Position numbers and translations under genes: made by a program
From: an uncultured Acidobacteriota bacterium
Lineage (GTDB): Bacteria; Acidobacteriota; JAQAZP01
DNA: 64,000 bases
Reading direction: 5' to 3'
Assembly: GCA_963836075.1 (NCBI GenBank)
Contig: CAWIIB010000001.1
Span: 2,016,001 to 2,080,000, forward strand
The notes under the pieces: generated by a model
The model's database searches: none
What the model was told of the DNA's origin: nothing
The model's input: the letters and a program-made list of their open reading frames with translations, nothing else
In this document: positions 51,442-60,024 of the stretch, one piece after another
How positions within the stretch are numbered: the first letter of the stretch is position 1
Layout: each line of letters opens with the position of its first letter

Positions 51442-52431
51442 TCAATTCTCGAGGAAGGCCACCTTGGCGCCGTATCCCACCTCTCCCGCCGGGTAGGCGA
51501 GGAAATCGATATCTTCCATGGCGGTCAGCGTCATGCCGTCGTAATTCCAGCCGCGGACCCGGGCGTCGAAATCCGGCCCCGGGCCGGGTGCGGTGATGAG
51601 CTCGTCGATGCCGTCACCGTCCAGGTCACCGGCGCCCACTTCCACGCCGTACTCGGTGGTGTCATAGGCGAAAAAGCTGATGCCCTGGATCGGCACCACC
51701 GACCCGCCGTCGATGTTCCAGCCCCGCACGTGGGGGCCGAAGACCACACCCGGCCCGGCGCCGGTGATGATCTCGTCCATCCCGTCACCGTCCAGGTCGC
51801 CGCAGGCGACATTGACGCCCCATTTCAACGTACTGTAAGCAAAATAGCTCACTCCGGCCAGCGGCCCCGCTGTCCCGCCGTCCACATTCCAGCCCCGCAC
51901 GTGGGGGCCGAAAACCGCGCCCGGCCCGGCACCGGTGACGATCTCGTCCATCCCGTCGCCGTCCAGGTCGCCGCAAGCGACATTTACACCGTATTTCAGC
52001 GTGCCGTAAGCGAAATAGCTCACCCCGGGCACCGCGGCCACCGCGCCGCTGTCATAACTGAACCCCCGCACGTGAGGGCCGAACACCGCGCCGGGACCGG
52101 CGCCGGTGACGAACTCGTCGCGGCCGTCACCGTCCAGGTCGCCGGCGGTGACGTTGACGCCGTATTTGTTGGTACCGTACGCGAGGAAGGACGCCCCGGT
52201 CACCGCTGTGCCGGTGCTGCTGAAGGCCCGCACCTGGGGGCCAAAGACCGCCCCCGGTCCGGGGCCGGTGATGATCTCGTCCCCCGGGTCGTCATCGATG
52301 CGGCCGGCCGCGACGTTGACACCGTATTTGTCAGCGCCATAGGCGACAAAGGAGACGACCATGCCGTTGCCGGGGACGAACCCGCGCACCTCGGGCGGGT
52401 TGTCCGGGCCGGGACCGGGGCCGGTGAGGAC
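51442..52431 (-). repeat. C-terminal module A, copy 7
   Basis: VLTGPGPGPDNPPEVR...YGAKVAF. Confidence 0.9.
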
Positions 52432-53856
52432 CAGGCCGTCATAGTCACCCGTGCCGTTGTTGATGAAGAGGTAGTTGCCCACACTGCTGTCCCAGTTGGA
52501 GACCGCTATTTCAAGGTCGAGCGAGTACTCATAAAGGATCTCCACCGGCAGTCCATCCGGGTCATCCGGCAGGCTGACCCAGCCGTTCTCCAAGTCTGCG
52601 CAGTAATCGGTAACCTGCGTGTCATAGACCATTACCCAGAGGATCTTTTCCACCGGTCGGTGGGGAAGCTGGTAGAGGGTCTTCCCCGGCGGCGGGGCCC
52701 CTTCGTAAAATGTGTTCTGACGGATCCCGTCCCGATCGGTGTCGCCGAAACAGATGCGCTCCACCACGCTGCCGGTGGAGGAGGCCCAGACCGCTGATGA
52801 GCTGAGCGTACCGCCCTGGTTCAGGTGCACCCGCACCGGCCCCCACCACTGGCCGGAAAAGAGGTCGAGGTCGCCGTCGTTGTCCACGTCGCTGAAGGCC
52901 ACCGAGGAGCCGTAGCCCCCCTCGTCGGACGTCCAGGCCGGCATCGTGCCCAGGGTGCCGGATCCGTTGTTGACATAGAGTTTGAACCGGCCGCTGCCGC
53001 CCAGCTGGTTGTTGTCGGCCACCGCCAGGTCGGGCCAGCCGTCGCCGGTGACATCGCCCCAGGCCAGGGTGTTGGCGTCCTGCTCGGCGGTGTCGGCCGA
53101 GCTCCAGCCGGCGGTGGCGCTCATCACGCCGTTGTTGTTGTAGTAGACCCGGTTGGGATCGCCGGAGTTGCAGAAGGCCAGGTCGAGGTCGCCGTCCCGG
53201 TCCACATCGGCCCAGGAAAGGTCATAGCTGGAATCCAGCTCGGACGACTGCCAGACTGGCGTGGTCTCCAGCATTCCCCCCACGTTGCGGAAGATGCGGT
53301 TGGTGCGTGGGCGGTTATTGTATGACTCGCCGCAGGCCACTGCCAGGTCGAGGTCGCCGTCGTTGTCCAGATCGCCAAAAGCGCAGCGGAAGGTGTAGAC
53401 ATCCTCGTCCGCCGCCCATGACGGAGTCGATTCCAGGGTTCCGCTGCCGTCGTTCAGATAGAGCTTGATCTTGCCGTCCTGGCTGAACCCGGCGGCGCCG
53501 ATGTAGACCGATGCCGCCACGTCCGGCCAGCCGTCGCCGTTGACATCGCCCACCGAGAGGTGACCGTGATAGTCGATGTCGCCGGACTCCCAATCGGGGT
53601 TGCCGGGAAAGGTTCCGTCCCCCTGGTTGTAGTAGACCGCCAGGTGCTGGCGGTAGATATCGTTGCCGTTGGCCACCACCAGGTCGGGCCAGCCATCGAG
53701 GTCCAGGTCGGCCAGCATGGCGCCGGTGGAAACCTCGGTGTCCGACGATTCCCAGTTCGGTGTGGCGTCGTAAGGCAGGCTGCCGGCGAATAGGGCCGGC
53801 GCAAAGGCCAGACAACAGCCGAGTAAAAGGATCCGAACAGAACGATTTCTGATCAT
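51442..53856 (-). CDS. Secreted FG-GAP/VCBS propeller protein with C-terminal module A
   Basis: AGGAGG RBS; signal peptide; D.D.DG..DL repeats with P.W.S spacers; paralog of 53946-55769 up to NYLF.NNG. Confidence 0.9.
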   Translation of the reverse strand: MIRNRSVRILLLGCCLAFAPALFAGSLPYDATPNWESSDTEVSTGAMLADLDLDGWPDLVVANGNDIYRQHLAVYYNQGDGTFPGNPDWESGDIDYHGHLSVGDVNGDGWPDVAASVYIGAAGFSQDGKIKLYLNDGSGTLESTPSWAADEDVYTFRCAFGDLDNDGDLDLAVACGESYNNRPRTNRIFRNVGGMLETTPVWQSSELDSSYDLSWADVDRDGDLDLAFCNSGDPNRVYYNNNGVMSATAGWSSADTAEQDANTLAWGDVTGDGWPDLAVADNNQLGGSGRFKLYVNNGSGTLGTMPAWTSDEGGYGSSVAFSDVDNDGDLDLFSGQWWGPVRVHLNQGGTLSSSAVWASSTGSVVERICFGDTDRDGIRQNTFYEGAPPPGKTLYQLPHRPVEKILWVMVYDTQVTDYCADLENGWVSLPDDPDGLPVEILYEYSLDLEIAVSNWDSSVGNYLFINNGTGDYDGLVLTGPGPGPDNPPEVRGFVPGNGMVVSFVAYGADKYGVNVAAGRIDDDPGDEIITGPGPGAVFGPQVRAFSSTGTAVTGASFLAYGTNKYGVNVTAGDLDGDGRDEFVTGAGPGAVFGPHVRGFSYDSGAVAAVPGVSYFAYGTLKYGVNVACGDLDGDGMDEIVTGAGPGAVFGPHVRGWNVDGGTAGPLAGVSYFAYSTLKWGVNVACGDLDGDGMDEIITGAGPGVVFGPHVRGWNIDGGSVVPIQGISFFAYDTTEYGVEVGAGDLDGDGIDELITAPGPGPDFDARVRGWNYDGMTLTAMEDIDFLAYPAGEVGYGAKVAFLEN

Positions 53857-53945
53857 CTCATCCTCCTGGCACAGGGCCGGACAAACCCGCCGGGCGGGCA
53901 ATGACATGCGGGCAAGGCTTTGAAAATATATCACACCGGTTCAGG

Positions 53946-54312
53946 TCAGGGTGCCGCGGCCGTGAGGGCGGCGCTGGCCGTGGCCGTGCCGCCGGCCGCC
54001 GGGTAGGGCGGCTGGTTGTACGGGGCGGGGGTCACGTCTTCAGCCGCCAGGGTGAAGACATTGAGCCCGATCAGCGAGCCGGCCGCCGGGATAGTCTGGT
54101 TCCAGGAGCTGGTGAACCGGTCGCCCGGTGAGACGTTGGTGTACCCGGCCCGCCAGGAGTTGACGGAACTGCCGTTGGCCAGGGCGATGTTGATCCGCCC
54201 GGCGAGACGGCGGACCTGGCCGGGGTAGGTGTTGGCCAGGGAAACACTGAAGTTGGCCACGAAGGGCACCTGACCGCTGTCGGGGGTCACGGTAAACCCG
54301 GCGGCCAGGGTG
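53946..54312 (-). repeat. C-terminal module B, copy 3 (intact reading frame)
   Basis: PDSGQVPF..RRLAGRINI..NGS..WRAGYTN..SWNQTIP..EDVTPAPYNQPPY..TATA..AP*. Confidence 0.9.
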
Positions 54313-55769
54313 GAGGTGGACGCGGAACCGTTGTTGGCGAAGAGGTAGTTGCCGTCGTCGCCGTCCCAGTTGCTCACCGCCATCTCCTGGTCAAAGGACC
54401 AGGTGAAGCCCACGGCCACGGTGGCGCCGGCCGGATCGGCGGCCAGGCTGACCCAGCCGTTCTCCAGATCGAAACAGTAGGCCCCGCTGACCAGCGGACT
54501 GCCGCCAACCGCCACCGAATCGATGGATTCCAGGGGCCGACGGGGCAGAGTGTAGAGGGTCTGTCCGCCGGTCCCCTCGAATACGGCCGTGGCCTGCCGC
54601 AGGTCGTCCCGGTCGGTGTCGGCGAAACAGATCCGTTCCACCACGCTGCTGGTGGAGGCGGTCCAGACCGCCGACGAGCTGAGGGTGCCGCCCTGGTTCT
54701 CGTGCACCCGCACCGGGCCCCACCACTGCCCGGAAAAGAGGTCGAGGTCACCATCATCGTCAGCGTCGCTGAAGACCACCGATGACCCGTAGCCATTCTC
54801 ACTGGAAGTCCAGGCCGGAATGGTGCCCAGGGTGCCGGAGCCATTGTTCACATACAGCTTGAACCGGCCGCTGCCCCCCAGCTGGTTGTTGTCGGCCACC
54901 GCCAGGTCCGGCCAACCGTCGCCGGTGACGTCGGCCCAGGCCAGGGTGTTGGCATCCAGGGACAGATCGGTGGAGCTCCAGCCGGCGCTGGTCTCCAGCA
55001 GACCGCCGTTGTTGTAGTAGACCCGGTTGGGGTCGCCGGAGTTGCAAAAGGCGAGGTCGAGGTCGCCGTCCCGGTCCACGTCGGCCCAGGAAACGTCGTA
55101 ACTGGAGTCCAGTTCGTCGGAGAGCCAGGCCGGCGTCGACTCCAGCATCCCGCCGCTGTTGCGGAACACCCGGTTGTATCGCGGCCGGTTGTAATACGAC
55201 TCGCCGCAGGCCACCGCCAGGTCCAGGTCGCCATCGTTGTCCATGTCGCCGAAAGCGCAGCGGAAAGAGTAGACATCCTGGCCGGCCGTCCAGGCGGGGA
55301 TCGCCCCCAGGGTGCCGGCCCCGTTGTTGAGATAGAGCTTGACCGTGCCGTCCTGGCTGAACCCGGCGGCGCCGATGTAGACCGACACCGCCACATCGGG
55401 CCAGCCGTCGCCGTTGACGTCGCCCACCGAGAGATGTCCGTGGTAATCGATGTCGGTGGACTGCCAGTCGGGGTTGCCGGGGAAGGTGCCGTTACCCTGG
55501 TTGTAGTAGACCGCCAGCCGCTGGCGTTGGATGTCGTTGCCGTTGGCCACCACCAGGTCGGGCCAGCCGTCGCGGTCGATGTCGGCCAGTGCCGCGCCGG
55601 TGGAGACCCGGGTGTCCGAAGAGACCCAGGCCGGAGAGGTCCCATAGGGAACCTGCGCTGAAACCGGAGCCGCCGCCAGCAGGAGCAGGCAACCGGCGAC
55701 GAGCAGGTATGAAATGAGCGCCCGGGAACAGGGACAGTCCCGTCCGGGACGGATGGCGATGCTGATCAT
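53946..55769 (-). CDS. Secreted FG-GAP/VCBS propeller protein with C-terminal module B
   Basis: GGAGGT RBS; signal peptide; same body as 51442-53856 but ends in module B. Confidence 0.9.
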   Translation of the reverse strand: MISIAIRPGRDCPCSRALISYLLVAGCLLLLAAAPVSAQVPYGTSPAWVSSDTRVSTGAALADIDRDGWPDLVVANGNDIQRQRLAVYYNQGNGTFPGNPDWQSTDIDYHGHLSVGDVNGDGWPDVAVSVYIGAAGFSQDGTVKLYLNNGAGTLGAIPAWTAGQDVYSFRCAFGDMDNDGDLDLAVACGESYYNRPRYNRVFRNSGGMLESTPAWLSDELDSSYDVSWADVDRDGDLDLAFCNSGDPNRVYYNNGGLLETSAGWSSTDLSLDANTLAWADVTGDGWPDLAVADNNQLGGSGRFKLYVNNGSGTLGTIPAWTSSENGYGSSVVFSDADDDGDLDLFSGQWWGPVRVHENQGGTLSSSAVWTASTSSVVERICFADTDRDDLRQATAVFEGTGGQTLYTLPRRPLESIDSVAVGGSPLVSGAYCFDLENGWVSLAADPAGATVAVGFTWSFDQEMAVSNWDGDDGNYLFANNGSASTSTLAAGFTVTPDSGQVPFVANFSVSLANTYPGQVRRLAGRINIALANGSSVNSWRAGYTNVSPGDRFTSSWNQTIPAAGSLIGLNVFTLAAEDVTPAPYNQPPYPAAGGTATASAALTAAAP

Positions 55770-55886
55770 GGAAACCTCCGATTGGCTGGCCGCCGGCACC
55801 GAGGAAAAGCTCCGACCGACGAACGTCTGCGGGCAAGGCTGGAGTTATTTTAACACGTTTCTTCACCGCCGGGCCCGGAGGGTCTG

Positions 55887-57113
55887 CTACCGGATAACCC
55901 CCACCTTGCGCAAGCCGCGCTCGAACTGGGCCTTGCGGTCCTCCAGATCGCCGGTGTAGCCGATGGAGAAGCGGATCAGGCCCGGGGAGAGACCCATTTG
56001 CGCCTGGTCCTCGTCGGAGATTTCCGACGAGGTGGTGGAGCCGGAACAGGACATCAGGGTGTCGAAATAGCCGAGGGAGACGGCGATCAGGCCGAACCGC
56101 TCCTCGTTCTGCAGCACTTCCAGCAACTGGTCCGCCCGCTCCGGGGTCCGGCAATCGATGGTCAGCATGCCGCCGTAGCCGTAACTGTCGTCGTTGAGCA
56201 TCGAGCCCATCAGTTCGCGCTGCGGGTGGGTCTCCAGGCCCGGGTAGCTGACCGGGGCGCCGAGGGCCTCGGCGTGGCGGGCCAGGGCCATGGCCCGGCG
56301 GGAGTGCTCGCGCATGCGCAGCGGCAGGCTGGGCAGCCGCTGGATCAGGTCGAAGGCCGCCCGCGGGTCCATGGTGGGGCCGAGCAGCATCACCCGGCCG
56401 GTGTGCAGGTCCATCAGCTCGTAGATGAACTCCTTGGTGCCGCAGATCACACCGGCGATCATGTCGCTGGCCCCGTTGACGAACTTGGTCAGCGAGTAGA
56501 TCACCACGTGGGCGCCGAGGGCGACGGGCGAGATCATGGCCGGGGTGAAGGTGTTGTCCACCACCAGCTTGAGGCCGTGTTCGTCGGCCAGTTTGCCCAG
56601 CGCCGGGATATCGGCCACTTTCAGCGTGGGGTTGCCCAGGGTCTCGGTGAAGAGCACTTTCGTTTTCGGAGTGATGGCCGCGGCAAAGGCAGCGGTGTCC
56701 GAGGGATCCACAAAGGTGGTCTCGATGCCCATGTCGGGGAGCACCTCGTTGAACAGGGCATGGGTGCCGCCGTAGACCGTGTCCGACGAGACGATGTGGT
56801 CGCCACTGCGGCAGATCTGCAGTATGGTGCAGGAGATGGCGGACATGCCGCTGGCGGTGCAGATGGCATGACCCGACCCCTCCAGCGCCGCCAGGTAGCG
56901 GGCCGCCACATCGACGGTGGGGTTGAAGTGACGGCTGTAGAGGAAACAGCCGCCGGTGTCGGGCCCCTTCAGTCCGTCAAAGATCTCGGGCATGGTTCCC
57001 GGCTCGAGCACGGTGAACGTGGACGAGCGGTCCACCGAGGGGCAGACCCCGCCAAACTCACCGAACTCTCGCTTGGCCTGCTGGAGGGCCTTCTCCGGAT
57101 TGTGCTTTTTCAT
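55887..57113 (-). CDS. Cys/Met-metabolism PLP enzyme, probable methionine gamma-lyase
   Basis: EFGEFGGV.PS, YSRHFNP, SGMSAI, YGGT, VDNTF, SLTKF (PLP Lys), AVSLG; AGGGG RBS. Confidence 0.85.
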   Translation of the reverse strand: MKKHNPEKALQQAKREFGEFGGVCPSVDRSSTFTVLEPGTMPEIFDGLKGPDTGGCFLYSRHFNPTVDVAARYLAALEGSGHAICTASGMSAISCTILQICRSGDHIVSSDTVYGGTHALFNEVLPDMGIETTFVDPSDTAAFAAAITPKTKVLFTETLGNPTLKVADIPALGKLADEHGLKLVVDNTFTPAMISPVALGAHVVIYSLTKFVNGASDMIAGVICGTKEFIYELMDLHTGRVMLLGPTMDPRAAFDLIQRLPSLPLRMREHSRRAMALARHAEALGAPVSYPGLETHPQRELMGSMLNDDSYGYGGMLTIDCRTPERADQLLEVLQNEERFGLIAVSLGYFDTLMSCSGSTTSSEISDEDQAQMGLSPGLIRFSIGYTGDLEDRKAQFERGLRKVGVIR

Positions 57114-57280
57114 GGTGTATCCCCTGTATGGCTCATTGCGGCCCCCGGGTTCCCGGCGGGCGGGTCTCCGATCCCGGCACCGGCCGGCTGATTGTCTGGC
57201 AGTATAGGAAAGGTGCCTTCGCAGATCAAGGAACAGCAGCGGCCGGAGACGGCTCGTCCGGCTCCGTGCTACACTTCGGA

Positions 57281-58237
57281 ATGCGAAAACCATCGGGTTT
57301 CATCATTGCCGGGACCTTCGTCCTGTTGACCCTGATCTGGGGCACCACCTGGGCCGCCATCCGCATCGGCCTCGCCGGCATCCCCCCGGTCACCGGAGTG
57401 GCGCTGCGCTTCGCCATCGCCGCGGTGATACTGCTGGCCATGGCGCCACTGTTCAAGGTCCGCTTCGGCCGCACCCCGGGTGAACGGCGGCTCTGGGTGC
57501 TCAACGCCCTCTGTTCGTTCTGTGCCTCTTACGGCATCGTCTACTGGGCCGAGCAGTGGCTCCCCTCCGGCCTGACATCGGTGATTTTCGCCACCATGCC
57601 GCTCTTCGTCGCCCTGATGGCCCACGTCGCCCTACCCGGAGAGCGCCTGACGAGGAAAGGTTTCTTTGGCGTGGTTCTCGGATTCGGCGGCGTGGCGCTG
57701 ATCTTCTCCGAGGATTTCACGCTGCTGGTGGGACCGATGGCCGCCACCGCCTCGGTGGTGCTGCTCATCTCGCCACTGCTCTCGGCAGTGGCCAGCGTAT
57801 CGATCAAGAAGTGGGGCAAGGAGATCCACCCCATCTCCATTTCGGCGATACCCATGGGGATCGCCGCGGGCCTGATGGGAGCGCTGGCCCTTGCCGTGGA
57901 GGGGGATAGGCAACCGGTTTTTGACGCGGTGTCGGTGGGCGCCCTGCTCTACCTGGCGGTGCTCGGATCGGCGGTGACCTTCAGCCTCTACTTCTGGCTG
58001 CTGACCCACGTGGATGCCACAAAAATGTCGCTGATCGCCTACACCGCCCCGGTGGTGGCGGTCAGCGTGGGGGCGCTGGTTTTTGACGAACCGCTGACCT
58101 GGAGGATCCTCTGGGGTTCAGCGCTGGTGATCGGGGGGGTGGCCCTGGCGGTGCACCGGCCCGGCGGGTTCAGCCGGCCAGCCAGCGCAGCAGCTCCTGC
58201 AGCAGCAACACGCCGAAAAGCAGCAGGGCCAGAATAA
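57281..58237 (+). CDS. EamA/DMT family transporter
   Basis: IWGTTW.AI..GL..IPP....ALRF, PSGL, GE, LLYLAV.GS, ten hydrophobic segments. Confidence 0.9.
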   Translation: MRKPSGFIIAGTFVLLTLIWGTTWAAIRIGLAGIPPVTGVALRFAIAAVILLAMAPLFKVRFGRTPGERRLWVLNALCSFCASYGIVYWAEQWLPSGLTSVIFATMPLFVALMAHVALPGERLTRKGFFGVVLGFGGVALIFSEDFTLLVGPMAATASVVLLISPLLSAVASVSIKKWGKEIHPISISAIPMGIAAGLMGALALAVEGDRQPVFDAVSVGALLYLAVLGSAVTFSLYFWLLTHVDATKMSLIAYTAPVVAVSVGALVFDEPLTWRILWGSALVIGGVALAVHRPGGFSRPASAAAPAAATRRKAAGPE

Positions 58238-59405
58238 TCAGAATATTGCCGGCCGGACCGTTGCGCCACCGGCCGATCCACCCCTGCCGGTTGTTGAGAA
58301 TCAGCAGGGTGGCGGCAAGAACGGGCATGAACAGGGCGCCGGACACGGCGTAGGCCATCACCAGCCAGACCGGTTTGGCGGCCAGCAGAAGAACCATTGG
58401 CGGCAGGGCGAGATAGACCAGCCAGGCCCGGTATGCCGGGCTGCGATCCAACGGGACCACCGTATCGCCCTGGCCGGACCGCGAGCGGAGGATGTTCACC
58501 GAATCGGCAAAGATGTACGGGACGCCCTGCCAGACCCCGAGCATCGAGCTGAACACCGCACCCCAGAAACCGAGCAGAAAACTCCACCGCCCCACCGGGC
58601 CCACCGCGGCGCCCACCCGTTCGGCCAGCCCGAGGACCATACCGCTGCCGGTGGCCACCTCGGGGCGGACACCGGCCGCCACCACCACCACCGCCATACC
58701 GAACAGACCGGTGAGCAGGTAGGCCACGCCCAGGTCGATCCGGCTCAGCCCGAGGCGTTCCGGTCCGCGCCAGCCCCGCTCCCTGATCCAGTAGCCGTAA
58801 CTGAGCAGGGTCACACTGCCACCCACTCCGCCGATCAGCCCGACCACCAGGGCGGCGCGCCCGGCGGGGATGACGGGCAGCAGGCCGGAGAGGATCTCCC
58901 GCCATCCTGGAGCGGTCAGCACGGCGCAGACCATCACCACCAGGAACATCAGCGCGATGAGGCCCTTCATCAGCCGCTCCAGCAGCTGGTAGCGGCCGAG
59001 GAGGACGAGGAGCAGGGCGGCCAGGGAATGCAGCGCACCCCAGGCGGCCACCGTCAGCGAGGGGCAGAGGGCGTTGGCGGCCAGACCGCAAGCGGCCATC
59101 AACGCCCCGGCCACGACAAAGGACCAGAGGAACAGGTAGGCGAGAAACCCGAGGAAGAAGAGACGGGGGAGCCGGTGGGCCCACCCTTCGAGGAGGGTGG
59201 TCCCGGTGGCCAGCTGCCAGCGGGCCAGGCCCTCGTTCAGCGCGAACTTGAGCAGGGCCCCGGCCAGCACGGCCCAGAGCACCCTCGTGCCGAAGATGGC
59301 CCCGCAGACCGCGGCGGCCACGAGATCCCCGGCACCCACACCGGTGGCGGCGATAATGATTCCCGGCCCGATGGCCCTGAGCATGCCCGGGTTCCGTACG
59401 GTCAT
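58170..59405 (-). CDS. NRAMP-superfamily (YcsG-like) transporter
   Basis: IGPGIIIAATGVGAGDL, K..LNEG.AR.QLATG, GGVGG.VT...Y.YW..E; lacks the DPGN motif of MntH. Confidence 0.82.
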   Translation of the reverse strand: MTVRNPGMLRAIGPGIIIAATGVGAGDLVAAAVCGAIFGTRVLWAVLAGALLKFALNEGLARWQLATGTTLLEGWAHRLPRLFFLGFLAYLFLWSFVVAGALMAACGLAANALCPSLTVAAWGALHSLAALLLVLLGRYQLLERLMKGLIALMFLVVMVCAVLTAPGWREILSGLLPVIPAGRAALVVGLIGGVGGSVTLLSYGYWIRERGWRGPERLGLSRIDLGVAYLLTGLFGMAVVVVAAGVRPEVATGSGMVLGLAERVGAAVGPVGRWSFLLGFWGAVFSSMLGVWQGVPYIFADSVNILRSRSGQGDTVVPLDRSPAYRAWLVYLALPPMVLLLAAKPVWLVMAYAVSGALFMPVLAATLLILNNRQGWIGRWRNGPAGNILIILALLLFGVLLLQELLRWLAG

Positions 59406-59447
59406 GCCAGCATTGTATCAGATGGGATTGGAGCGGAGCGTGCGTAC

Positions 59448-59543
59448 AAAAAAAACTGTCAACCCCTCGCCGGCCAGCTGCCGGCCGCGGCGCCGTAGCC
59501 CCGAAGCGGGTCAGCTCGGCTGATGACGGCGAGGTGTCAACAG
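59448..59543 (-). ncRNA. Candidate structured small RNA or leader (~95 nt), family not recognised
   Basis: TGG-TATAAT (59548-59556) immediately upstream; 16-bp closing stem with G-U pairs; internal C(UUCG)G hairpin; U8 directly after the stem. Confidence 0.55.
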
Positions 59544-59640
59544 AATTATTATACCATGCGGGAAGCCTTGGGCCACCGGATGGTATACATTTCTTTTCGA
59601 CCGATGCGGCTCACGGCTTTAGCTGAAAACAGGCATTTTC

Positions 59641-59669
59641 TTGATCGGGTCCCGGCGCTGTGCTATAAC
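59641..59669 (+). promoter_or_regulatory. Sigma70-type promoter for the DUF507 pair
   Basis: TTGATC-17 nt-TATAAC with TGn extension. Confidence 0.55.
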
Positions 59670-59736
59670 CGCTCCTGAGGTTAGACCCCCGGCACGGGCA
59701 GCCGGCGGCCGTCCAGCCATGAAAGGTTTCCTGCAG

Positions 59737-60015
59737 ATGCGGCTCTCTCTGCACCAGATCGACCTCTTCTCCTTCCGGATCGCCAAGCAGTTGCTGCGCA
59801 ACGGCTTCATCGAGGGGATCAAGGAGGACAAGCTCGCTGAGCGGATCGGTGACGCGATCACCGTCGAACTGCGCAAGGAGGACGACCTGAACGACGAGGT
59901 GCGGCAGATCCTCGACCAGTATGCCGACCAGATGCAGGAGGCCGGCGCCCAGTATCACGAGATGTTCAAAAAGATAAAGGCCAAGCTGGTCAGAGAGCGC
60001 AACATCATTCTCTGA
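59737..60015 (+). CDS. DUF507 family protein
   Basis: MRLS..QI...E..L..EV..IL......Y..MFKKIK.KL..ER.IIL. Confidence 0.8.
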   Translation: MRLSLHQIDLFSFRIAKQLLRNGFIEGIKEDKLAERIGDAITVELRKEDDLNDEVRQILDQYADQMQEAGAQYHEMFKKIKAKLVRERNIIL

Positions 60016-60024
60016 GTGCGTGTC

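Noticed and set aside
19859-52431. Recurrent near-identical DNA (e.g. GGCGCCGGACCCGG..GTGTTCGG.CCCCACGT) at ~165-nt period, as a possible CRISPR array or DGR template
   Set aside because: The repeats are in-frame protein repeats that vary mainly at third codon positions. There are no unique spacers, cas genes or reverse transcriptase in the window.
59518-59530. GCTGATGAC as a hammerhead ribozyme or fluoride riboswitch core
   Set aside because: There is no downstream GAAA with stem II and no upstream GGnGATGG stem. The structure fits the opposite strand better.
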